Part shown: positions 18,272 to 25,457 of the stretch, one piece after another | How the letters are laid out: the number at the start of each line of letters is the position of its first letter | Numbering within the stretch: position 1 is the first letter of the stretch | Assembly: GCA_026389715.1 (NCBI GenBank) | Contig: JAPLHK010000029.1 | Span: 1 to 40,958 of the forward strand | Source of the DNA: Chloroflexota bacterium | GTDB taxonomy: Bacteria > Chloroflexota > Dehalococcoidia > GIF9 > UBA5629 | Direction: 5' to 3' | Length of the DNA stretch: 40,958 bases | Made by a program: the position numbers and the translations under genes | The notes under the pieces: model-generated | Told to the model about the DNA's origin: nothing | What the model saw: only the letters and a program-made list of their open reading frames with translations | Database searches by the model: none

Positions 18272-18525
18272 TATTTGCCCTTTTTAACAAATACTTTCCA
18301 GTAACCCGCTTCCTCAATGGTGCCGAGACACTGGTGCCCAACTTTATTGGCCCAGAGAGGAAGATCTTCCGTTGTGCCAATATCAGAGGACAGCACTTCA
18401 AGTATTCCCCCCATGGGAACAGCTGCCATGCCACGTTTAGCTTCCAGAAGGGGACCCGGGCAAGCAGTACCCCGGGCATCTACAGTTTTGTCCACTTTGA
18501 TATTTTTCAGGTCAATTTCGGTCAT
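18271..18525 (-). CDS. tusA: TusA/SirA-family sulfur carrier protein
   Basis: 84 aa with the conserved CPxP motif in DARGTACPGPLLEAKR. GGAGG RBS is present. Confidence 0.85.
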   Translation of the reverse strand: MTEIDLKNIKVDKTVDARGTACPGPLLEAKRGMAAVPMGGILEVLSSDIGTTEDLPLWANKVGHQCLGTIEEAGYWKVFVKKGK

Positions 18526-18546
18526 GCTATTACCTCCAAAGACGAT

Positions 18547-18882
18547 TTAATTCTGATTACTATCATTAATAAGAGCTCTTTTTTTATCCAGTTCTTCCAC
18601 TATGGCCTGCCTGACAAGCTCACAACATTCGGCGAATATCGGCGTCCCAACTTTGTAGTAGACTGCCTGCCCCTCTCTCCTGGAAACCACTATACCGTGA
18701 GCTTTCATAATGCGCAAATGTTGAGACACGTTCTGTAATTCTATGCCGGTCTGAACGGATATTTCTCCGACAGTTTTCTCTACTTTGCCCAGCACCTTCA
18801 AAATCATCAGGCGTTTGGGATTGGAAAGCGCACTCAGCATCTCTGCCTGTAATTCAAAAATATAGTTGGGATTAATTTCCAT
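18547..18882 (-). CDS. ArsR/SmtB-family transcriptional regulator
   Basis: wHTH segment LSNPKRLMILKVLGKVEKTVGEISVQTGIELQNVSQHLRIMKAHGIVVSRREGQAVYY. ATG 18882 has an AGAGGG RBS. The track ORF starts at TTG 18921. Confidence 0.85.
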   Translation of the reverse strand: MEINPNYIFELQAEMLSALSNPKRLMILKVLGKVEKTVGEISVQTGIELQNVSQHLRIMKAHGIVVSRREGQAVYYKVGTPIFAECCELVRQAIVEELDKKRALINDSNQN

Positions 18883-18922
18883 AATAATCGCCCTCTTAGC
18901 AAAAATACAACATGTAATCAAA

Positions 18923-19453
18923 TTATATAAATAAGGTCATATTGCCTTCGTTAGCCGTTGATACGAATGTAGTCACACCGCCGAATTCAACGCCTGGCAT
19001 AAGTTCTTCCTTTTTAATACCCATGATATCCATGGTCATCGTGCAGATTACTAACCTAACACCCTGCTCACGGGCCTCCTCAATCAATTTGGGTAAACTA
19101 TAGACATTCTTTTTTGCCATCTCTTTCTTCAACATCAGTGTACCCATCCCTCCCATATTCATATTGGACAGCACCAGCTTATTGGGCCCCTTGGGCATCA
19201 TCCAACCGAACATACTCTCCATGAATGTTTTTTTCTCCAGCAATTGGACCTGGCCTTCACGCCTCATAATATTAACTCCCCAAAACGTGAAGAACAGGGT
19301 AACCGGAATATCCATGGCGGCAGCACCGTTGGCAACAATAAAAGCTGATAGCGCTTTATCCAGGTCACCGGAGAATATGAGCATGGTCAAACCCTCAATC
19401 CTCTTTTCCTGGACTGCGGATTGTCTTCCGGCAACAGATGCGCCATCAGCCAT
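18923..19453 (-). CDS. DsrE2/DsrE3-like (DrsE_2 type) sulfurtransferase-family protein
   Basis: FSGDLDKALSAFIVANGAAAMDIPVTLFFTFWG plus a conserved Cys in RLVICTMTMD. First gene of the operon, with RBS AGGAGA. Confidence 0.75.
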   Translation of the reverse strand: MADGASVAGRQSAVQEKRIEGLTMLIFSGDLDKALSAFIVANGAAAMDIPVTLFFTFWGVNIMRREGQVQLLEKKTFMESMFGWMMPKGPNKLVLSNMNMGGMGTLMLKKEMAKKNVYSLPKLIEEAREQGVRLVICTMTMDIMGIKKEELMPGVEFGGVTTFVSTANEGNMTLFI

Positions 19454-19501
19454 TTTAATTAATTCTCCTGTTAATATTAGATTTGCGTGAGTGGATAGTT
19501 A

Positions 19502-19530
19502 TTAATATTCATACTTGCAAATCTTTGCAA
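19502..19530 (-). promoter_or_regulatory. Candidate promoter of the dsrE-arsR-tusA-hdr operon
   Basis: On the minus strand: TTGCAA (19530..19525), a 17-nt spacer, then TATTAA (19507..19502). It lies about 49 nt upstream of ATG 19453. Confidence 0.5.
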
Positions 19531-19534
19531 GTAT
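19511..19534. promoter_or_regulatory. Perfect 11-2-11 inverted repeat, candidate ArsR-type operator
   Basis: Sequence is ATACTTGCAAA-TC-TTTGCAAGTAT. It overlaps the -35 element and spacer of the minus-strand promoter and abuts a plus-strand TATAAT (19532..19537). Confidence 0.6.
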
Positions 19535-19658
19535 AATATATCAATCAAGAATAAGTCAAATTATGGCAGACCCGGTATTACTTGTTGAGATAAGGCCTGG
19601 ACATACGGTTTCAGTGGGATACCAGGAAAGCCTGCAGTTACGGTCTGGGACTGGTGGT

Positions 19659-19688
19659 TTGACAGGTCGAAATGGGCACGACTATAAT
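19659..19688 (+). promoter_or_regulatory. Near-consensus sigma70 promoter of the DUF134-NifX gene
   Basis: TTGACA (19659..19664), an 18-nt spacer, then TATAAT (19683..19688). It lies 44 nt upstream of ATG 19732. Confidence 0.6.
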
Positions 19689-19692
19689 AGTT

Positions 19693-19708
19693 ATGAGCAT
19701 ATGCTCAT
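19693..19708. promoter_or_regulatory. Perfect 16-nt palindrome at the predicted transcription start, candidate operator
   Basis: ATGAGCATATGCTCAT begins 4 nt downstream of the TATAAT. Confidence 0.5.
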
Positions 19709-19731
19709 TATTCAGGCAATGAGAAAATAGA

Positions 19732-20469
19732 ATGCCGAGACCGGTTAAATGCCGCAGGGTAGCAGTTATGCCGGGTATTACCTATTACAAGCCGGCAGGT
19801 ATCCCACTGAGATTTCTTGATGAAGTATGCCTATCTATAGACGAACTCGAGGCATTGCGCCTGAAAGACCTTGAGGATTTAGACCAGGAGCAATGCGCCC
19901 GGCAGATGAACATATCGCGGGCCACCTTTCAACGGGTGCTGGAATCAGCCAGGAAAAAGCTGACGGAAGCCCTTCTCAAGGGAAAAGCCATCAGGATAGC
20001 GGGAGGCGCTTACGAATTAGAGTCCGCGCAACCAGCAATAAATAATCTAAATATACGGAGGAAGAACAATATGAAAATCGCAGTGGTTACAGATGACGAG
20101 ATCACAATCAGTCAACATTTCGGGCGCGCATCATTGTACTTGGTAGTCACCACGCAGGACGGCAAAATAACTGGCAAAGAGAAGAGGCCCAAGATGGGGC
20201 ACAGCCATTTTGCGACTGCTGAAGGAGCCCATTCTGAACACAGCGGCCCTCACGGCTTTGATGCCGCGTCTCAGAATAAACACGCAAGCATGGCAGAGGC
20301 TATTAAGGATTGCCAGGTCCTCATTACGGGCGGTATGGGAAGGGGAGCCTACGAAAGCTTGAAAAGCTATAAGATCGAGCCGGTAATAACCGATATAAAG
20401 AACATCGATGAGGCGATTAAACTTCAATTAGCAGGCAATCTGCCCAATCTGGTGGATAAGCTTCATTAA
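19732..20469 (+). CDS. DUF134 (predicted DNA-binding) fused to a NifB/NifX-type Fe-Mo/Fe-S cluster-binding domain
   Basis: N-terminus MPRPVKCRRV...P.GIP......L..DE.EALRL.DLE.L.QE..A..M.ISR.TF.R.L is the DUF134 signature. The C-terminal half, MKIAVVTDDEITISQHFGRA...ITGGMGRGAY, is NifX/NifB-C-like and carries a His-rich insert. Confidence 0.75.
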   Translation: MPRPVKCRRVAVMPGITYYKPAGIPLRFLDEVCLSIDELEALRLKDLEDLDQEQCARQMNISRATFQRVLESARKKLTEALLKGKAIRIAGGAYELESAQPAINNLNIRRKNNMKIAVVTDDEITISQHFGRASLYLVVTTQDGKITGKEKRPKMGHSHFATAEGAHSEHSGPHGFDAASQNKHASMAEAIKDCQVLITGGMGRGAYESLKSYKIEPVITDIKNIDEAIKLQLAGNLPNLVDKLH

Positions 20470-20617
20470 TTTGTCAGTACCCTCCAAATAGGGCAAGGCA
20501 TGGCCGCAAAGACCCATGCTGCATCTTTGACAACTCTGCTATACTTTTATTACTCGCTTCACAGGTATAGTCTGCAACGTTCCCTGCCATATTTTGGATT
20601 GTAGAAAGGAGGTTGTC

Positions 20618-22324
20618 ATGGAAAAGATCTGGATGAAAAATTGGCCCTCGTTTGTTCCTGCAGAAGTAAGCTATCCCAAGGGTAAGAAACCTGTTTTCGA
20701 ATACCTGCGCGATAACGCCAGGGAATTCCCCGACCGCACAGCAATTATCTTCTATGGCAGAGAAGTGACCTACGGCGAATTGGACCGCATGTCCGATATT
20801 TTCGCCAATTTTCTGCTTGATTCCGGTTTCAAGAAGGGTGACTGCATCGCGCTCTTCATGCCCAGTTGCCCCCAATACCACATAGCCCATTATGGTATTA
20901 ATAAGATGGGTGGTGTGATCGCACCCTGCAGTCCCCTCTTTAAGGAATGGGAGCTAACCTATGAATTGAAAGATTCCGGTGCGAAAGCAATACTGACATT
21001 TGACCTTTTGCACTCTGTGGCGGCCGGAGCCTGCAAAGAATGCGGGATCAAGACGGTCATGGTCACCAGCCTTCATGATTTTCTGCCCAAGGAAACCACC
21101 ATGAACCCCGTCCCGATTATGGGCTTCCCCAAGATGACCTATCCTGACACAACTGAATTTATGGATATCCTATCGCGCTATGCTTCTTCACCTGTAAAGG
21201 CCGATGTCGGCCTTGATGACCCCGTGCAGCTTCAATACACGGGCGGCACAACCGGGTTGCCCAAGGGGGCAATCCTGACCCACGGCGCCAAGCTTTTCAA
21301 GGTGGCAGTGCTTATGAATATTATGAAGGCCGATGCAGCGTATGTTGGTTACAAGGAAGCCAATCTCTCCTGTCTTGCCATACTCCCCACCTTCCATATA
21401 GCCGGCATGCTGGGCAGCGTGGATACCATGATCGCGATGGGCAATACCCAGGTTTTGATGGTGATGTTCGACCCGGTTACCGCCATGCAGGCTATCGACC
21501 GCTACAAACTGCAATTCTTCCAGGCGGCGGTCCCCATGAATATAGCCATTATGGACCATCCCGAACGCAAGAAATACGATCTCTCGTCACTCAAGCTGTG
21601 CCTCACTACAAGTTTCGGCGTTCAGTTGACCGAGGAGATAGCCAGGCGCTGGAAAGAGGATACCGGCGGCTGCGTCCTGGCCGAGGCTGCCTACGGCCTG
21701 ACGGAGACGCATACTTTCGACAGCTTCATGCCCCTGGATAAACCGAAATACATACCCGGCTGCCAGGGCATCCCTATACCCGGCCAGAATATCAAGAGAG
21801 TTTCATGGGAAGATAGGACCAAAGAAGTACCTGTTGGAGATATGGGCGAGATCGCCCTGAAAAATCCGGCTGTCATGAAAGGTTATTTGAATAAGCCAAC
21901 TGAAACAAAGAATACGCTCATCGATGGCTGGGTATATACCGGCGATATGGGGAAATTCGATAGCGATGGATACCTCTATTTCCTGGGACGCAAAAAGGAG
22001 ATGATCAAGGTCTCAGGCTTCAGCGTCTTCCCAGAAGAGGTGGAGACATTCCTGCTGCGGCACGAAGCTGTCGACAAGGTCGCTGTCATCGGCGCCCCTG
22101 ACGTAAAAAAGGGAGAGGTTATAAAAGCCTTTATCGTTCCCAAAGCCGAATTCAAAGGCAAGGTCAGAGCCGAGGACATCATCGCCTGGGCTAAAGAGGG
22201 TATCTCATCCTACAAAGTGCCCCAGAGTATTGATTTTCGGGATGAGCTTCCTATGAGCGGTGTGGGTAAGGTTCTCAGGAGAGTACTACTCGAAGAAGAG
22301 CTGAATAAAAACAAGAAAGCCTGA
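20618..22324 (+). CDS. AMP-dependent acyl-CoA synthetase/ligase (long-chain fatty-acid-CoA ligase-like)
   Basis: AMP-binding motif YTGGTTGLPKGA, plus GYGLTE-like AYGLTET and YTGDMGKFDSDGYLYFLGRKKEMIK. ATG 20618 follows AAGGAGG. The track ORF starts 24 nt earlier. Confidence 0.9.
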   Translation: MEKIWMKNWPSFVPAEVSYPKGKKPVFEYLRDNAREFPDRTAIIFYGREVTYGELDRMSDIFANFLLDSGFKKGDCIALFMPSCPQYHIAHYGINKMGGVIAPCSPLFKEWELTYELKDSGAKAILTFDLLHSVAAGACKECGIKTVMVTSLHDFLPKETTMNPVPIMGFPKMTYPDTTEFMDILSRYASSPVKADVGLDDPVQLQYTGGTTGLPKGAILTHGAKLFKVAVLMNIMKADAAYVGYKEANLSCLAILPTFHIAGMLGSVDTMIAMGNTQVLMVMFDPVTAMQAIDRYKLQFFQAAVPMNIAIMDHPERKKYDLSSLKLCLTTSFGVQLTEEIARRWKEDTGGCVLAEAAYGLTETHTFDSFMPLDKPKYIPGCQGIPIPGQNIKRVSWEDRTKEVPVGDMGEIALKNPAVMKGYLNKPTETKNTLIDGWVYTGDMGKFDSDGYLYFLGRKKEMIKVSGFSVFPEEVETFLLRHEAVDKVAVIGAPDVKKGEVIKAFIVPKAEFKGKVRAEDIIAWAKEGISSYKVPQSIDFRDELPMSGVGKVLRRVLLEEELNKNKKA

Positions 22325-22433
22325 CGAATAGCCAGCGCCCAATTAATATATTCGCCTGATAAATACCGCCGTTATTTTAATAAGGGTATTAAATGAACTA
22401 TAAACACCGGCCGGGAAAGTCCTTTTTTCGCCA

Positions 22434-23627
22434 CTATTTAATTAGCTTCCTCGCCTCATCCTCAACCGTCCTGTAAACGTCCCTCAGAGGTACATCTTTC
22501 TCAGACGCGATCTTGCGGCAGTCGTCGTATTCCGGTGAAATACTCAGCACTTCATCCTGGAAGCGCTTGACCTTGACCCTGACCTTTCCGTAAGTGGAAT
22601 CGATTTCGACGATATCGCGGCCGGCGATATGGCGGAAGACGGGGCGTACCCTTATGCCGAGGGTGGAAGTCTCACGCATCACCGTCTCGGCCAGCCTGGA
22701 TTCGGCGTCGCCCGGGGCGAGCACGCTCAACATCACGGCCGGGCGGTTCTTCTTCATCTGGATGTGCGTGAACCAGACGTCCAGCGCGCCCTGCTCAAAT
22801 AGCCGATCCATCACATAATCATATATCTGGGGGTTCATGTCATCGATATTGGTCTCCAACAACACCATGCCCTCATGGCCGTCATGAACGAGGGTCTCTC
22901 CAATCCACAACCGCATGATGTTGGGGTATTCATCGGGGTTTCTGCTGCCGGCTCCGGAGCCTATTTTCTCCAAATTGAGCGGCGGTCTGCTGAATTCGGC
23001 CAACGTTGTCACAATAGCAGCGCCGGTGGGTGTCACCAGCTCCTTTCCCTCCATGGCAACATGGCAAGGACTGACAACAGGAGCATGTTTTTGTGTCACC
23101 AGATCAAGCGTTGCAGGAGCAGGTAGAGGCAAACCGCCATGCCGGCACTCAACGGACCCTCCTCCCACAGGAAACGGTGAGGAATAAAAATCTGTTACGC
23201 CCATCAACCTGAAGCCGATTAGCGCACCTACGATGTCAACTATGGAGTCCACCGCGCCTATCTCGTGGAAATGTACCAGTTCCAGCTTGACGCCGTGTAT
23301 TTTGGCCTCCACCTCACCCAGGCTTCGGAAGATGTCCATGGCCTGTTTCTTAACTTCATCGTCCAGCCTGCTGCCCGCAATCAAATCCACGATATCACTG
23401 TAAGAGCGGTCGGGCTGCTTGACCTTATCGTCGAGTATCACGCGTGCCCTGGTAGCCGTGACCGCGCCCTGCTTGACTTTCTCGGCCGTTACCCTATATC
23501 CATCCAGAGTCAGTTTGCCAAGCTCCTTTTCGAGTTCCGGCAGCGGCAACCCGGCATCCAGCAGCGCGCCCAGGATCATATCGCCGCTGCAGCCGGCGAA
23601 AAGGTCGAAGTAAACTGCCTTTCCCAT
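22434..23627 (-). CDS. larC: LarC, nickel-pincer nucleotide cofactor nickel insertase (DUF111 family)
   Basis: N-terminus YFDLFAGCSGDMILGALLDAGL and HFHEIGAVDSIVDIVG. A single uninterrupted 397-aa ORF. Confidence 0.85.
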   Translation of the reverse strand: MGKAVYFDLFAGCSGDMILGALLDAGLPLPELEKELGKLTLDGYRVTAEKVKQGAVTATRARVILDDKVKQPDRSYSDIVDLIAGSRLDDEVKKQAMDIFRSLGEVEAKIHGVKLELVHFHEIGAVDSIVDIVGALIGFRLMGVTDFYSSPFPVGGGSVECRHGGLPLPAPATLDLVTQKHAPVVSPCHVAMEGKELVTPTGAAIVTTLAEFSRPPLNLEKIGSGAGSRNPDEYPNIMRLWIGETLVHDGHEGMVLLETNIDDMNPQIYDYVMDRLFEQGALDVWFTHIQMKKNRPAVMLSVLAPGDAESRLAETVMRETSTLGIRVRPVFRHIAGRDIVEIDSTYGKVRVKVKRFQDEVLSISPEYDDCRKIASEKDVPLRDVYRTVEDEARKLIK

Positions 23628-23638
23628 AAAATAACCTG

Positions 23639-24463
23639 TTATGGATTCATGCTGCCCATCTGGTATCCGGCCAGGTCGATCGTGACATGCTTATAGCCCA
23701 GCTTCCTGACGGCTTCAACCGCCGCCCGGCGGTTGTCCTTCTTAAGCAGGGTTCTGAAACCGGGCTCATCAACCTCGATCCGGGCGATATCGTCATGATG
23801 CCTCAGCCTGACCTGCCTGACGCCCAGGCTGCGTATAAAGGATTCCCCGGCGGAGACTTTACCCAGGACATGATGGGTGATAGGCGTGTGATGTGGTATA
23901 CGCGTGGCCAGGCACGGCATGGCGGGCTTATCCCAGTTGGGTAGGCCCCTGGTTTTGGCCAGCGACCTTATCTCCTTCTTGGTCAGGAAAGATTCAGCCA
24001 GCGGACTGCGCACACCCAGTTCCGATACCGCTACCAGGCCGGGGCGGTAATCACTGAGGTCGTCATAGTTAGAGCCATCGCATACATACTTGATGCGCCT
24101 CGTCCTGGCCATCTCATTGAGAATCCCCAGCATGGTCAGCTTGCAGTGATAGCAACGGTCCTTGCTGTTGGCGGCAAAATCCGGTACATCGAGCTGGTTG
24201 AAGGCTATTTGCTGCAGGTCGAGGCCGAGCGAGGCGGCCAGCTTGATGGCGTTCTGGAAGTCCTCCCTGTCCATCACCGGTGAATTGGCCAGGACTATCA
24301 GTACCTTCTCTTTCAAAATATCCCTGGCTGTCGCGGCTAAATAGGTACTGTCCACGCCGCCGGAATACGCCACGATGGCCGAACTCATTTTACACAGCAC
24401 ATCATGCAGGTGTGCGGTTTTATTAGCTGTCTTACTTCTAACGTTGAGTTTGTGGTTACTCAC
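23639..24463 (-). CDS. larE: LarE, ATP-dependent sacrificial sulfur transferase (PP-loop ATPase)
   Basis: PP-loop AYSGGVDSTYL and a candidate sacrificial Cys in AMPCLATRI. GTG start overlaps the larB stop (GTGA). Confidence 0.85.
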   Translation of the reverse strand: MSNHKLNVRSKTANKTAHLHDVLCKMSSAIVAYSGGVDSTYLAATARDILKEKVLIVLANSPVMDREDFQNAIKLAASLGLDLQQIAFNQLDVPDFAANSKDRCYHCKLTMLGILNEMARTRRIKYVCDGSNYDDLSDYRPGLVAVSELGVRSPLAESFLTKKEIRSLAKTRGLPNWDKPAMPCLATRIPHHTPITHHVLGKVSAGESFIRSLGVRQVRLRHHDDIARIEVDEPGFRTLLKKDNRRAAVEAVRKLGYKHVTIDLAGYQMGSMNP

Positions 24464-25251
24464 CTGTTTATCAGGCCGGCTAAATATCCGGCATTAAATC
24501 CTCCGTCTATATTTACCACGGCCACACCGGGCGCGCAGCTGTTGAGCATGGTCAGCAAAGGCGCTACGCCTTTGAAATTAGCCCCGTAGCCAACGCTGGT
24601 GGGAACGGCAATGACGGGACAGGTCACCAGTCCACCCACCACGGTGGGCAGCACACCATCCATGCCCGCTACAGCTACCACCACCTTCGCACCCCGTATC
24701 TGCTCAAGATGGTTGAAAAGACGATGTATGCCGGCCACCCCCACGTCAAAGATACGCTGGACCTCGTTGCCCATCAGTTCGGCTGTAACCGCAGCCTCCT
24801 CGGCAACGGGGATATCCGCCGTACCGCCCGTCAGAACTACTATGCCTGCCTTTCCCTTTTTTTTCGCGGCACGGTCGACGATAATAGCACGCGCCGCCTC
24901 GTTATAGCGGGCGTCGGGCAACACGGCTTTAACCGCTTTATAGGCCGCGGCGTCCACCCTGGTAATTAGTACCTTCTGCGAATGGGCAGCCATGCGCTCG
25001 GCTATAACCACGAGCTGCGCGAGTGTCTTACCCTGGCCGAAGATGACCTCGGGGAAACCCGTGCGCAGGCTGCGGTGATGGTCCAGCTTAGCGTGCATGA
25101 GGTCCTCATAAGGCAACACGCTCAGTTCCGCTACGGCTTCCGTCACAGAAATATCGCCGACCTGCACTTTTTTCAGCAGACCGCTAAGCCAGCGCTCATT
25201 GACCACACGGCCGCCTGCTTCATCTTGAGATGCCTTTTTTTCTTTTCTCAT
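24460..25251 (-). CDS. larB: LarB, pyridinium-3,5-biscarboxylic acid mononucleotide synthase (PurE-like)
   Basis: LDHHRSLRTGFPEVIFGQGKT and a PurE-like C-terminal domain (GIVVLTGGTADIPVAEEA, AVAGMDGVLP). Confidence 0.85.
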   Translation of the reverse strand: MRKEKKASQDEAGGRVVNERWLSGLLKKVQVGDISVTEAVAELSVLPYEDLMHAKLDHHRSLRTGFPEVIFGQGKTLAQLVVIAERMAAHSQKVLITRVDAAAYKAVKAVLPDARYNEAARAIIVDRAAKKKGKAGIVVLTGGTADIPVAEEAAVTAELMGNEVQRIFDVGVAGIHRLFNHLEQIRGAKVVVAVAGMDGVLPTVVGGLVTCPVIAVPTSVGYGANFKGVAPLLTMLNSCAPGVAVVNIDGGFNAGYLAGLINR

Positions 25252-25457
25252 CGGTCAGTTTTCACAATATATAGCCGGGTAATGCCCAATTATGGTAAGT
25301 ATAACCCAGCACCAAATTCAGTACAATACAGGCATATTAGCAGTGATGAAACAAATTATACAAAATGGTTGTTTTTTGTAAAGCAGTGTTCTAAAATACG
25401 TCGTACCGCTGACGGTACGGTTAAACAGGCGTAACCGGCGGACAAGGGAGGGTGATT

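Noticed and set aside
19515-19730. A 71-aa ORF in the dsrE / DUF134 intergenic region.
   Set aside because: It has a non-ATG start, no RBS, and spans two predicted promoters and both palindromes, so it is more likely non-coding regulatory DNA. I looked for a structured leader between 19540 and 19660 but recognised no known riboswitch fold.
25402-25419. A 7-bp hairpin CGTACCG-CTGA-CGGTACG in the leader of the aminotransferase gene, with a weak TTGTTT-17-TAAAAT promoter at 25369..25397.
   Set aside because: The elements are short and the promoter match is poor, so this could be chance.
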